Shown here in pieces: positions 39,096-48,583 of a stretch of 64,000 bases of DNA. A program made the position numbers and the translations under genes. Below the pieces are notes generated by a model. That model was not told the DNA's origin, did no database searches, and saw only the letters and a program-made list of their open reading frames with translations. Each line of letters starts with the position of its first letter. The first letter of the stretch is position 1. The stretch is from a virus, in the IMG/VR virus record IMGVR_UViG_3300005529_000026, positions 1-64,000 of that record; one strand, given 5' to 3'.

Positions 39096-39490
39096 GCAGC
39101 GTACCAAAAGTGGTATGTGTAGATTTTGACGGCACTCTTTGCGAGTTTGCTTACCCCGGTATCGGAGACCCGAAGCCCGGAGCTAAAGAAGCTCTACAGG
39201 CGTTCAGGGATATGGGATATCACGTCATCATCTACTCGTGCCGCACATGCAAGTGGTATCCAGAATTGTTTGCCGCCCCCGGCGAAGTGCTGGATATGAA
39301 CCGGAAATGCATAACGGACATGATTGCGTGGCTGAAGAAGCACGATATTCCTTATGACGAGATTGATGATGGCAGCAAAGGAAAGCCTATGGGAGACTAT
39401 TACATAGACGACAAAGGCGTTCGCTTTGACAACAATTGGCCGGACATCCAGCGGTTTGTAGAAGAACGGAATAGACTTTATGGACGCTAG
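39092..39490 (+). CDS. HAD-superfamily phosphatase
   Basis: VDFDGTL, YSCR, KPMGDYYIDDK. Confidence 0.9.
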   Translation: MSSVPKVVCVDFDGTLCEFAYPGIGDPKPGAKEALQAFRDMGYHVIIYSCRTCKWYPELFAAPGEVLDMNRKCITDMIAWLKKHDIPYDEIDDGSKGKPMGDYYIDDKGVRFDNNWPDIQRFVEERNRLYGR

Positions 39491-40196
39491 CGACATCAAG
39501 AAAGACATCTCTGACGCGCTATCTGAAGGGCTTAGCAAGGCCCGCACGCAGACAGTGACGGTCAATTACCTGACCATTTTCGTGCTGTTCATTGCTATGG
39601 CGGCATCAATGGCCCTTACGCTGCACACTATGCACCGTATGGATGCCGCTGTAGCAAGGCAGCAGGCGCAGTTCGAGAAGTACAGCAGCGACCTGAAACA
39701 GATGCAAGAGCAGTGGCTTGCCCATGAGAAAGAGCGTGACGCCCTCTCTGCACAGCAAGCAGCCAAGGTTGAAATCATACACGTACGTGACAAGCAAACA
39801 GACAGCAAGATTGCTCAGGTCACCAGCCCTGACCGGCCCAGCCAGCAGGTCGTAGCTGATTTGAAAGAAGCGTACGGTTTTGACCCGCAAACGGTGGATG
39901 CTGCGGGGGCCACTTTTGCGTTCCCTCAGTTGCAAACATTCACTGCAACGAAGATTGACCGCGACAGGTTGTGGGCTGATTTAAGAAACACACAAGATGT
40001 ACTAACACTTGAGACTCAGAAGGAGACTTCTTGCGAACAAGACCTAGCCGATTCTAAGAAGAAGCTAGAAGAAGGAAAAAAGGTCATGTCTGACCAGCAG
40101 AAGCTCTTGAAGAAATCTCGTTGGAAGAAGTTTGGGGAAGGCGCTTTAAAGGTGGGAATCTTTGTCGGCGGGGTTTTAGTCGGTAGAGGACTATGA
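39480..40196 (+). CDS. membrane-anchored coiled-coil protein (spanin-like candidate)
   Basis: N-terminal TM, long coiled coil, C-terminal hydrophobic segment. Confidence 0.55.
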   Translation: MDASDIKKDISDALSEGLSKARTQTVTVNYLTIFVLFIAMAASMALTLHTMHRMDAAVARQQAQFEKYSSDLKQMQEQWLAHEKERDALSAQQAAKVEIIHVRDKQTDSKIAQVTSPDRPSQQVVADLKEAYGFDPQTVDAAGATFAFPQLQTFTATKIDRDRLWADLRNTQDVLTLETQKETSCEQDLADSKKKLEEGKKVMSDQQKLLKKSRWKKFGEGALKVGIFVGGVLVGRGL

Positions 40197-40355
40197 TGGG
40201 GCGTCTGTACTCCCGGCTGCGAAATGCTCGTAGTTCTGCACGTTTAGCGAGAGAGTTGGGTAGAGGACGGCTATTCTCGCTCTACGTTTTCGGCAGGTTT
40301 GCTTTTAGTGGGCGCTCCGGGCGTTTCAGGATTTTCAACTACCTTGGGAGGACGA

Positions 40356-40682
40356 GTGAAGCAACATGTAAAACGGTTCCTTCGCTACCTGCTAGAAACG
40401 CCTGACGTAAATTCCCGGTTCGTGTTCCTGATGCACAGCGCGGCGTTGTGCCTTTGCACAATCGCGCTGTGCATTGCTTTTATTGCGGCTAAGAACAAAG
40501 AACCGTATCCTACAATGGTGCTCGCGCTTAGCGGCGGCGGCACAGCGGCGGCTGCTCTGGGGCGCGGTATTACCAAAGCAGGCAACTGGATGAGCACGAA
40601 TTCACAACCAGAGCCGCCCGTTGTAGATGCTCCCCCTGTTGATGGCGGTGTCACTAGCGAAGCGAAAGACAAGAAGATATAA
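40356..40682 (+). CDS. small 2-TM membrane protein (holin candidate)
   Basis: GGAGG SD, GTG 40356; two hydrophobic helices. Confidence 0.55.
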   Translation: MKQHVKRFLRYLLETPDVNSRFVFLMHSAALCLCTIALCIAFIAAKNKEPYPTMVLALSGGGTAAAALGRGITKAGNWMSTNSQPEPPVVDAPPVDGGVTSEAKDKKI

Positions 40683-40693
40683 TCACGCGCTTG

Positions 40694-40738
40694 AAAAAAC
40701 GAGGCCGGGCATTGAGAACAGCACCGGCCTCAGCTTTT
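40694..40738. terminator. bidirectional terminator
   Basis: A-run, GAGGCCGG/CCGGCCTC stem, T-run. Confidence 0.65.
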
Positions 40739-40757
40739 GCTCGGAGCAGAGCAAAAA

Positions 40758-41171
40758 TCAATTAGAGACGTAAATGTTCAGTAAGCGACCGGCAAGGCGC
40801 ACGGCCTGCGGCTGAACATCAATTGCTTTGCTGACTTTACGTGCGTCCGGCCCGTATTCCTGAATGGCAGCCCGGAGGTAAGCGAGTCGGCATTTTTCAA
40901 GAAAGTTGCCCGCGCTTATGCTCATACGGGCGTGCGAACGGGCGCTAGCTTCGAGCCAATCTGTCGGTGCCGTCGTTGGAGCCATGATGTTTTCGATGTC
41001 CTCGATATTGACGAAGTTGCCGATACTTTCGGCACAAACAGAATACGCCTTCTCTGGATTTGCGAGTCGTAAAGGGAACACCTGATTTTCACCGAGATTT
41101 TTACTTAGTACGAAATTTGATAGAGAACGACGCTGGTATATTGACGACCCTTTATGTCTCTTTCCTCGCAA
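40758..41171 (-). CDS. hypothetical protein with Fis-like C-terminal HTH
   Basis: YLRAAIQEYGPDARKVSKAIDV; true start probably downstream of 41171. Confidence 0.45.
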   Translation of the reverse strand: MRGKRHKGSSIYQRRSLSNFVLSKNLGENQVFPLRLANPEKAYSVCAESIGNFVNIEDIENIMAPTTAPTDWLEASARSHARMSISAGNFLEKCRLAYLRAAIQEYGPDARKVSKAIDVQPQAVRLAGRLLNIYVSN

Positions 41172-41696
41172 GCTGCGCAGAGATACTTGGCTGTTTGGGG
41201 TGAAATGTTCACCCGCCTAGCGTTCAGCAAGAACGCTGGTAAAATTTACGCCCTGCTTTATTTGCATGGCAAACCGATGTCAGCCGACGATATCGTTAAA
41301 AATCTTCAAATAGCTCGCTCAACTTTTTCCATAGCCATTAAAGAGTTGGACGGGGCTGGCTTCCTGAAAAAGACAAGCGAGTTAGGCGTACGGCATGACC
41401 TGTTTCATGTTCCTAACGACCCTTGGGAGTTTATTCGCAGCGTTCTGATTCTGAGGAAACGACGGGATATTGACCCCTTTATCCTAGAGGCTAGGGAAAT
41501 CCTAGACGATTGCGGTGACAAAGCGTTGCTTGAGAAAATAACAGGGATGTTGGAGGTTCAGGAGAGCATCAGCGATTTTTATGCGGAGATTCTCAAGCTC
41601 AGCAAAGACCGGGGTAAACACCTTTCCAAGCTGTCCGTCGAGGAACTTGAGCACTCGATAGACCGGCACCTTAAGCGAAATTCTAAAACCAAATAA
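41154..41696 (+). CDS. GbsR/MarR-type winged-helix regulator
   Basis: WGEM...GKIYALLYL.GKPMSADDIVKNLQIARSTFSIAIKEL. Confidence 0.85.
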   Translation: MSLSSQAAQRYLAVWGEMFTRLAFSKNAGKIYALLYLHGKPMSADDIVKNLQIARSTFSIAIKELDGAGFLKKTSELGVRHDLFHVPNDPWEFIRSVLILRKRRDIDPFILEAREILDDCGDKALLEKITGMLEVQESISDFYAEILKLSKDRGKHLSKLSVEELEHSIDRHLKRNSKTK

Positions 41697-41745
41697 AAAA
41701 GCCGGAGCCAGCTTTCGCTGACCCCGGCTCCTGTTTCCCTGTCCC

Positions 41746-42000
41746 TTAAGCTGCCGTTTGACGGTCGGACGACCCGCCAGCAGACTTCCGGCGCTTCCAC
41801 GCCTCTTTCATTGCCTGAGAACGGCGCTTACGCTCCGCTGCGCTGAGCGGTTTGCGTTTTCCTGCCGGTCTCCCTACTCTACGCGGCCCAGAAGGAGGAG
41901 TATTGAGTGGCAAGCCTTCCACAGCGTCCATCGCGTTAAGAATGCGATTGATGCGGTCACGCTCGGCAATCAACTCCGATTTCATGCGTGCAATGTCCAT
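41746..42000 (-). CDS. small nucleoid-associated-like DNA-binding protein
   Basis: N-terminal coiled coil (ELIAERDRINRIL), RVGRP hook, LSAAERKRRSQAMKEAWKRRK. Confidence 0.7.
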   Translation of the reverse strand: MDIARMKSELIAERDRINRILNAMDAVEGLPLNTPPSGPRRVGRPAGKRKPLSAAERKRRSQAMKEAWKRRKSAGGSSDRQTAA

Positions 42001-42072
42001 CGCTACAAACTCCTTTCCGATAACGCTACGACGAACACCTTAACAGAGTGTTCGCATAGTGTGCAAGGATTT

Positions 42073-42590
42073 TTAGTAACGACCTACAAAATTCCTTCCC
42101 TTTAGAGGCTCGATGTTCTCGCTAGGAGCGTCGTAGCACCAGCAAATCCCGTTCACATAATGCTTCCACCAGCACCATCCGCCCTCGGTATGAAACCCCC
42201 AGCTACGCTTTTTGCGGCTAGTAAACACTAGCGTCCAAGCCGTTTTTCCTACAGGAAGACGAAGTTTATGGGCCACTCGTGCGTCTCTATTACGGATGAT
42301 AGTGCCCGGCCCATGCCACGTTTCAAACTGAGAATTGATGCTCTGCCCCTAGTCTCGAAGTACCCGCCCTTCAATATGATAGACGAGTAGTCCCAAGGAT
42401 GGTCGTGCAAATGCCTGTCCTTGTCTGAGCGCAGAATGTGATGCAGGTAGATGCGCGGTTTGTATTCTCCCGGCGTCAGTTTTCCATTCCAAAGAAAGAA
42501 CCGGCGAAGATAGACCTCTCCGGTCTCGTCATCCGTAATCTCTTGATACGGAATGACTTTCATTAAGAATCTTTCAAACAAGCCAATCAA
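42073..42590 (-). pseudogene. cupin-like phage protein split by a frameshift
   Basis: LHDHPWDYSSIILKGGY in one frame; WHGPG...HKL...AWTLVFT...WGF in the -1 frame; switch at GGGG run near 42346-42349. Confidence 0.7.
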
Positions 42591-42958
42591 AACCTCATCC
42601 TCCCACGCTTAGCAGCGACTAGAGCCTGAGCGCAGCGCTCGATAAACAACTCCAACGCTATGTGCTCCGGCGAGTCTTCTTTCTGCTTGAAGCCACTGTC
42701 AAAGCCGCTGGCTGGCAGATGAAGAAGCTCGTGAACGAGAGTCACTTCTAAGTCGGTCACTCCCAGCCAGTTAGAGGGAATGTCATCTGAATTGCGCAGC
42801 AAAATGCGGGCTACTCGATTACTGCTGCTAGCTGAAATGTCTGCAAAGCCCTCAACCTTATCGGTCATTCGTGCAAAACGAGCGGACACGTCCCAATCCT
42901 CTAGACGAAGACGCTGCTGCCATTCCCGGCACAAATCCTGAAGCTCTTGGTCGTTCAT
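42587..42958 (-). CDS. zincin-like metallopeptidase
   Basis: WQQRLRLEDWD, TLVHELLH. Confidence 0.75.
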   Translation of the reverse strand: MNDQELQDLCREWQQRLRLEDWDVSARFARMTDKVEGFADISASSSNRVARILLRNSDDIPSNWLGVTDLEVTLVHELLHLPASGFDSGFKQKEDSPEHIALELFIERCAQALVAAKRGRMRF

Positions 42959-43830
42959 CGCCCTAGTTTCTCCATCAGCTTGTCAAAATTGGGCCGTTCA
43001 GCGTCATTCACGTCAATGTCACAGGTTTTGAGAAAATTTAGCAGCCACATGGCTTCGCTGTTGCTCAGCTTTTTGGCCTTCAGAATGTGCTCCTCGAATG
43101 CGCCCCAGACCTTCGGGTAGCATCGCTGCACAATTTCCCCGATGATGTTTGCGTACTCACGAATCTCCCACTGAGCGTTAGGAGCCATACGTAGACGCAT
43201 GAAGTGCATGAGGTTGTGCAAGTCCATTTGCCACACCATCTTTGAGTAGGTGCTTAGCGGCAGGTCAATCCGTGCGACTTCTTTTGCGATACCGTTGTCA
43301 AGAGAGCGCTGGTATTCCTCAAACACGCCGTTGACGTTGCACTCGTGCATGTGAAGAAAAATGTCCTTGTGAAGCTCAGCCACTTCCCCAGAACTGCCCT
43401 GCTTGTTAACCTTATCCTGCCCCTTAATGCGCTCTCGTGTGGGCGTGTAGACCTCATTCGGAAGCTGTGTGTAGCGTCCTGACATCTCGTTCAGCTTGGC
43501 TGTACGGTGCCGGTGCCACTCACGGAACACGAAGATGGGAGCCTTGACCTCAAACACCAGCGCAATCTGCTCGAAAGGTGATGTGTGCCCGTTTTCCATT
43601 AAGAAATTGATGAGCCGCTCATTACGCTCTGGCTCATCGAACGCAAAGCCCTTGTCGAAACTAGTCCGGGCCGCAGCTACAACCGTTTCATCAACGCCCA
43701 TGTAATCCACGAGCGCTACGAAACCCTTATCTAGAACGGGCTGCTCTACTCCTAGGAGGCGTTCTGCTCCTTTGTTCACGATTCTGTTGGTGAATCGGAA
43801 TCTGTTGGTGCTGCGAGTTTTCAATACCAT
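42955..43830 (-). CDS. thyX: FAD-dependent thymidylate synthase
   Basis: GHTSPFEQ, RHRTAKLNEMSGRY, FMRLR...AQWEIR. Confidence 0.96.
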   Translation of the reverse strand: MVLKTRSTNRFRFTNRIVNKGAERLLGVEQPVLDKGFVALVDYMGVDETVVAAARTSFDKGFAFDEPERNERLINFLMENGHTSPFEQIALVFEVKAPIFVFREWHRHRTAKLNEMSGRYTQLPNEVYTPTRERIKGQDKVNKQGSSGEVAELHKDIFLHMHECNVNGVFEEYQRSLDNGIAKEVARIDLPLSTYSKMVWQMDLHNLMHFMRLRMAPNAQWEIREYANIIGEIVQRCYPKVWGAFEEHILKAKKLSNSEAMWLLNFLKTCDIDVNDAERPNFDKLMEKLGR

Positions 43831-43834
43831 TTCT

Positions 43835-44218
43835 TTACATAATCCTCGGCGGGGTCTGTTCCTCTGCGCTCACTGTCATCAGCAGTGTTCCATCCATCTC
43901 TTGACGTATATTGAACTGCCGACGAACGGAGTACGCCTCCGCAAGTGCGTTCGGGTAAATCGCAAGCTGCCCTCCGCAATGGATGGTCACGGCAATCAAC
44001 GCGACCAGCAGCCTGTCCAGCAAAGATTCGGGTGTGTCCAGTTTTGGTGTGGGGTTAGTTGGTGATTTTTCCGGTGCCGCCGCACTTCCAGCAGTCGGTG
44101 TAGACGGGGAAGCATCCGGGGTTTTTCTTTGTGCCGTTGAGTTGTGTGCGGCCTGAGCCTTCGCACACCCAGCAGGAGCGTTCTTCTTGCGTCGTGACTT
44201 CTTTGGTTTCTGTGTCAT
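43835..44218 (-). CDS. hypothetical protein
   Basis: 127-aa ORF, start overlaps upstream stop. Confidence 0.6.
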   Translation of the reverse strand: MTQKPKKSRRKKNAPAGCAKAQAAHNSTAQRKTPDASPSTPTAGSAAAPEKSPTNPTPKLDTPESLLDRLLVALIAVTIHCGGQLAIYPNALAEAYSVRRQFNIRQEMDGTLLMTVSAEEQTPPRIM

Positions 44219-44565
44219 TCATTTTTTGGTGTTACTTCTACCCATCCCCAACCCAAGCGTTTCGTTATGCCAATGGCCCTTGCAGCGCCTTCGCTAAGGT
44301 CTAGCTGAAACTTGTCGTTCCACGGCCCACGGTCGTTGATGAGCACGATTACCGACTTCCCGGTACGGAGACACTTCACCAGCAGCCGCGTGCCTAGGGG
44401 ATACTTGCGGCTTGCTGCCGTCATTTTTTCGGGGTCGAAAATCGAGCCGTCAGCCGTTCGTCGGCCTGCGAATTTGCTGCCGTAGAAACTTGCCCGAACT
44501 CGCTCTGCTGCTGCATGTAGAGGGGCTGCAACGAGCAGAGCGAGAAGGAGCAGGATTCTAGCCAA
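44215..44565 (-). CDS. secreted RlpA-like (DPBB) lytic transglycosylase
   Basis: signal peptide; ASFYG...GRRTADG...TAAS..YPLGT...INDRGP...DLS..AA. Confidence 0.9.
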   Translation of the reverse strand: MARILLLLALLVAAPLHAAAERVRASFYGSKFAGRRTADGSIFDPEKMTAASRKYPLGTRLLVKCLRTGKSVIVLINDRGPWNDKFQLDLSEGAARAIGITKRLGWGWVEVTPKNE

Positions 44566-44818
44566 CCGCACTCGAATTGCCTTCGAGTTGAGAGACGAGC
44601 TTGGTGCTATAACGCTTGGTTGGGCTGGGTTTGTAATAGCCTTCGGGATTGCCGTACAGATGAGCCGGGCACGGAGTTGAGAACTCCTGATACGCGGCCT
44701 GTTCCCCGCACTGCTCACACGTCACAGGCTGCTCTCGTTCTTCCTCAGCCTGCCGGAACGTTGGGAAAAATCGCTCCGTGATGTGCCCCTTGAGGCATTT
44801 GTATTCGTGGATTGGCAC
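44558..44818 (-). CDS. FmdB-family zinc-ribbon protein
   Basis: MPIHEYKC..GH...CEQCG. Confidence 0.8.
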   Translation of the reverse strand: MPIHEYKCLKGHITERFFPTFRQAEEEREQPVTCEQCGEQAAYQEFSTPCPAHLYGNPEGYYKPSPTKRYSTKLVSQLEGNSSAVG

Positions 44819-44821
44819 GGT

Positions 44822-45130
44822 TTAAGCTCCGTCGTGCTCGTGGTCGTTGTTGTCTTGCGGCCCCGGCTCTGGGGGAGCAGGCGGTACAGCAGCCTGCTGG
44901 TTGCCGCTGGGAGGATGGGGTGCGGGAACAAATGCGCCGCCATCCGGGGTGAAAACGAAATCTCGGTCGGTAGGCAGCCCAACGTCCCTCTTAACGTACT
45001 GAAGAAAATCGTGGAATGCAGCGTTGGCTCGCTGAAACTCAGCAAAGGCAGCGTTGTTAGCGTCTGCTAGCTCTTTTAGTTTCTCCCGCGCTGCGGGCCT
45101 TATTTCGTATCGTTCTGTGGTGTTATCCAT
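44822..45130 (-). CDS. hypothetical protein
   Basis: start MDNTTERY at 45130. Confidence 0.55.
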   Translation of the reverse strand: MDNTTERYEIRPAAREKLKELADANNAAFAEFQRANAAFHDFLQYVKRDVGLPTDRDFVFTPDGGAFVPAPHPPSGNQQAAVPPAPPEPGPQDNNDHEHDGA

Positions 45131-45840
45131 ATCTGGTCGCTTCTCTCGTTGCTGATTTTTAATGACTGCTGTCGTCGCCTTTCTTCCTCGGCAATCCAAG
45201 ATGAACTTGTGTTTGTACCGTGGATGACGTAGCAACAGGTGGGCTTGCAGCCATAGCGCTTCACCCGGAACTTACGCATCGTTTCGGCCATCACTTCGTC
45301 ATCAGGCCAACCCGTTGCAGCAGCCTTCATGTCCTTGATGTACTGTTCGGCAAACACGCGGTTGAACAGGATGGCGTCGGACATCGCTAGCGTCGGGTTC
45401 TGATTCATCTCCGTCATTCGAGCTTGATATTGAGCATCTTGCGGGATAATCAGAGCCTCGAAATATTTCTGCGCTACAACGTCAACATCGTCCGTCATCT
45501 CCTTCTCCAAGGACTCGATGTGTTCCTCGTAGAAGAAATCGTCGTGGTCGAACTTGGTGAACAGTTCACACCCCTGCTCGAACAGGATTTCTAGCGGGGG
45601 CAGGTGGAAGTCTGGGTGTTGAATCGGGCCGGGCGACAGTTTGCCAATCACGACCGTGCCCCGCTCGCGCAACTTAGGGATGATGTCTCTCACAGCCCAT
45701 GTGCTGCTGTTCGGCTGGTTGTTCATGTGAATTGCTAAAACATCCGGTTTCCGGGTCTGGTTCGCTATCTGAAGCAAACACATGCGCAAAAACATTGGAT
45801 TGTTGTGATTAGCAACGTACACGCCTAGCTTCTTCATCAT
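45100..45840 (-). CDS. glycosyltransferase family 2-like
   Basis: LRMCL..IANQTRKPD, FDHDDFF, YVIHGTNTS. Confidence 0.85.
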   Translation of the reverse strand: MMKKLGVYVANHNNPMFLRMCLLQIANQTRKPDVLAIHMNNQPNSSTWAVRDIIPKLRERGTVVIGKLSPGPIQHPDFHLPPLEILFEQGCELFTKFDHDDFFYEEHIESLEKEMTDDVDVVAQKYFEALIIPQDAQYQARMTEMNQNPTLAMSDAILFNRVFAEQYIKDMKAAATGWPDDEVMAETMRKFRVKRYGCKPTCCYVIHGTNTSSSWIAEEERRRQQSLKISNERSDQIWITPQNDTK

Positions 45841-46553
45841 CTTCCTGCTTCACGGCTGCGCAACACGCGCAGCGCCTTGGCTGTGAACTCGTCTCTCATA
45901 CCTAAGTAATTCGGGATGGAGCCGAACATTGAAACGCCGTTCTCCTTCAAATCAATCGGCAGTTCTTCCCCGCGTAATGGATAAATGATGGGGTGGTTGC
46001 ACAGCCCAATCAGGATGTCCTCGCCGTCGTAGATATACTTCTTGTCGTCTAGACGAACTGCCGGTTCGACCGCCAGCATGTTGACGATGCTTTGGAATGA
46101 CAGAAACTGCATGCGCCCTATGAACGCATCAACAGGGGTAGGGCGTTCGACAACGTGCGGCCACACATCCGTGCCGCGAGAGAATGAATCTTCCCGCAGG
46201 TTAACCCCACGAAAAGCGGTACACATGCTAGGTGTGGCGTATCGTTCTAAGGCTTCCAATGTTTTCGGCCCCACGGTGATATCGTCATCGCAGAGCAGGT
46301 AATAATCAGCAGGCTCTAGCATGGCCGCGCCATATTTTGCACGCGACGTGAAATTGGTGTTGCTGTCCACCACGGACACATCTGGGTAATCTCTTAACAT
46401 CCCGACCGTGAGAACGGCAGGGTTGTTGTTGAAGACGATAATCTTGTCCGGCTTGCGGCTCCCTGCCAGCAGGTCACTGACGATGCGACGAACGTTACCA
46501 GAACGCTCCGGGTAGTAGTGGATAACGACCGCAACAATCTTATTTCCCTGCAT
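45837..46553 (-). CDS. glycosyltransferase (GT-A fold)
   Basis: KPDKIIVFNNN, YLLCDDD, GEDI. Confidence 0.85.
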   Translation of the reverse strand: MQGNKIVAVVIHYYPERSGNVRRIVSDLLAGSRKPDKIIVFNNNPAVLTVGMLRDYPDVSVVDSNTNFTSRAKYGAAMLEPADYYLLCDDDITVGPKTLEALERYATPSMCTAFRGVNLREDSFSRGTDVWPHVVERPTPVDAFIGRMQFLSFQSIVNMLAVEPAVRLDDKKYIYDGEDILIGLCNHPIIYPLRGEELPIDLKENGVSMFGSIPNYLGMRDEFTAKALRVLRSREAGR

Positions 46554-47382
46554 AGTATGCAATCGTCTCCGCGATGCCTTTTTCCAGCGGAATAAACTTG
46601 AACTCGCCCAGCGGTGCCAGTGTTCTAGGGTCACCTAGGACTGTGGATTTAGGAGGCTCTCCTTGGCGCATCGGAACGTGCTTGATGCGGCCTTTGCCAA
46701 CCTGACGGATAACTTCTTCGGCAATCTGCTGCACGGTAGTGACGCGCCCGGTGCCAGCCTCGAACACGCGGTGATAAATGCCGTGCTCTGTTAGCAGCGC
46801 ACGAGTCAAAACCTCAGCAACATCACGGACGTGAATCATGTCCATAACCTGTGAACCATCTCCGTAGATGGTGATTTCTTCGTTGCGCAGAGCCGGAAGA
46901 ATGAGATTCGGCATAATCTTGCGAACCGGCTCTGACTTCTGCCCCGGCCCGTAGGCGTTCAGCGCACGCACGACAGCAATTTTGGTGCCGCGCTCGCGGT
47001 TGAACATGAACGCGAACCGCTCAGCCGTGGTCTTGGTAATGCTGTAGGTATTGTTCATCCAATGGTTGCCCACTGCGATGTATACGGCTTTCTTGCCGTA
47101 ATGCTCAACCGCCTTGAAAACATTCAGCCCACCAAGAATGTTTGTCTCGACAGCAGGCTGCGGCTCCTTGATGGTCTCGGAGGTTCCTAGAACCCCGGCT
47201 AGATGAATCACGCCTTCCGTGATGGCGACCGCTTCAGAAACTGCCGTGTAGTCCCGCGTGTCGCCTAGAAAGTCTGTGGGCATCCGATGGTCGAACGAAA
47301 TCGGAATGTGGCCCTGTTGCCGGAGGTTTGCCATGACGTGCTGACCAATAAAGCCAGCGCCGCCCGTTACTAAAATTCTCAT
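46540..47382 (-). CDS. NAD-dependent epimerase/dehydratase
   Basis: ILVTGGAGFIG, HLAG, YSITK, NAYGPGQ. Confidence 0.93.
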   Translation of the reverse strand: MRILVTGGAGFIGQHVMANLRQQGHIPISFDHRMPTDFLGDTRDYTAVSEAVAITEGVIHLAGVLGTSETIKEPQPAVETNILGGLNVFKAVEHYGKKAVYIAVGNHWMNNTYSITKTTAERFAFMFNRERGTKIAVVRALNAYGPGQKSEPVRKIMPNLILPALRNEEITIYGDGSQVMDMIHVRDVAEVLTRALLTEHGIYHRVFEAGTGRVTTVQQIAEEVIRQVGKGRIKHVPMRQGEPPKSTVLGDPRTLAPLGEFKFIPLEKGIAETIAYYAGK

Positions 47383-47666
47383 TCAGTAGTTTCCTGTTGC
47401 TCGGCTAACTCTTGCTCGTAGAAATCGAGATTGACTAGCTCTCTTGCGCTGTAAGACGTTTTCAAGGCTTCGAGAGCACTCTTTAACAAACCTGCCGCAT
47501 ACCAGTTACGGGTTTTTGTGGCTAGCGTTAAAGAGCGCTCCCAACCGTTCATTAGTTCCATGAAGAACTCAGCGCGAGTAAGTCTTTCTTGCGGGTCGTG
47601 CAGTTGAAACAGCGGCTCACGGTTAGCCTCTCGCTCGGCTTTCGCAATGCGTTCTTCGTTGGTCAT
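47379..47666 (-). CDS. hypothetical protein
   Basis: coupled start/stop overlaps. Confidence 0.6.
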   Translation of the reverse strand: MTNEERIAKAEREANREPLFQLHDPQERLTRAEFFMELMNGWERSLTLATKTRNWYAAGLLKSALEALKTSYSARELVNLDFYEQELAEQQETTE

Positions 47667-47866
47667 TGCACCTTCATAACGGCGTTGACCTTTGCGACTG
47701 CCACGGCCTTGGGGTTGTCTTTCAGGTGCATGCGAACAAAGCGCGTGCCGACCGCCATTACGATGTAAAGCAGGCCATCATCTAGACACTTAACTGTGTC
47801 TCCCGGCGCTGGCTTCAGTGCATGACGGTCTGCGTTTTGCTCAATAACTCTGACTCGAAAAGACAT
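47663..47866 (-). CDS. hypothetical protein
   Basis: start MSFRVRV at 47866. Confidence 0.5.
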   Translation of the reverse strand: MSFRVRVIEQNADRHALKPAPGDTVKCLDDGLLYIVMAVGTRFVRMHLKDNPKAVAVAKVNAVMKVQ

Positions 47867-48308
47867 TGCCGTGTGCCCTGTAAATTTGCAGTACCTTCTC
47901 GGCTCGCTGCGGGTCTGTTGACCAATGCTTCGAGACTTCACGCACGAATTCCTCGCCCGATGTGGCGACGAGGGCTTCACCGTAGATGCTCGGAAGACGA
48001 TTGAGCGTGTTCATGCGCTCACGAAAAGCTGTAAGCCAGTCGGGGTACTTCGGCCACAGCGCGTTCTGCGTCACCCACTGACCATGCAGATATTCCTTGG
48101 TTGGCATGTTGATGAGCGGATACGGATTAGGCCCGCGTGTTGCCGCTTTCAACCCGAACAGGTTGTTGCAAAGAACGGCTAGCTTGGACGTTCCCCACGC
48201 CGATTCGAGGGCGGCTTCGCACGCCGCGTGAGCAGGGAAGATGTGCCCCGATGCTTGCGCTGCGGAAAAGGCTTTATTCAGAAAAGCATCTAGCTCTTGT
48301 CTGCTCAT
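47841..48308 (-). CDS. GH73 glucosaminidase/muramidase (endolysin candidate)
   Basis: AALESAWG, NNLFGLKA, TKEY, WSTDP. Confidence 0.9.
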   Translation of the reverse strand: MSRQELDAFLNKAFSAAQASGHIFPAHAACEAALESAWGTSKLAVLCNNLFGLKAATRGPNPYPLINMPTKEYLHGQWVTQNALWPKYPDWLTAFRERMNTLNRLPSIYGEALVATSGEEFVREVSKHWSTDPQRAEKVLQIYRAHGNVFSSQSY

Positions 48309-48574
48309 TAGAAGTTGTAGGCTTCCCCGTTTTTGCCCTTCCACTCAAGGTGGTTCCAGCCAGCCGGAATGTAGTGACTGACGCCGTTCGCATCAATGAT
48401 GCGGTGCGAATCTCCGTTAAGTTTGCGTTTTACGTTCAGCTTTAAGGGGTCGTAAATCGTGACCGCGCTACCGTCGGGGAAGTGATAAGTGCGGTAAGAT
48501 TCGTTGGAGATGTCGGCAAACTCCAACGCGATTGGATTGCCTTTATTGGTGGAAACTTCTTTAGTTACGTCCAT
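48308..48574 (-). CDS. conserved phage hypothetical protein
   Basis: DISNESYRTYHF...SHRIID..G.SHYIP.GW. Confidence 0.7.
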   Translation of the reverse strand: MDVTKEVSTNKGNPIALEFADISNESYRTYHFPDGSAVTIYDPLKLNVKRKLNGDSHRIIDANGVSHYIPAGWNHLEWKGKNGEAYNF

Positions 48575-48583
48575 GTTCCTTCC

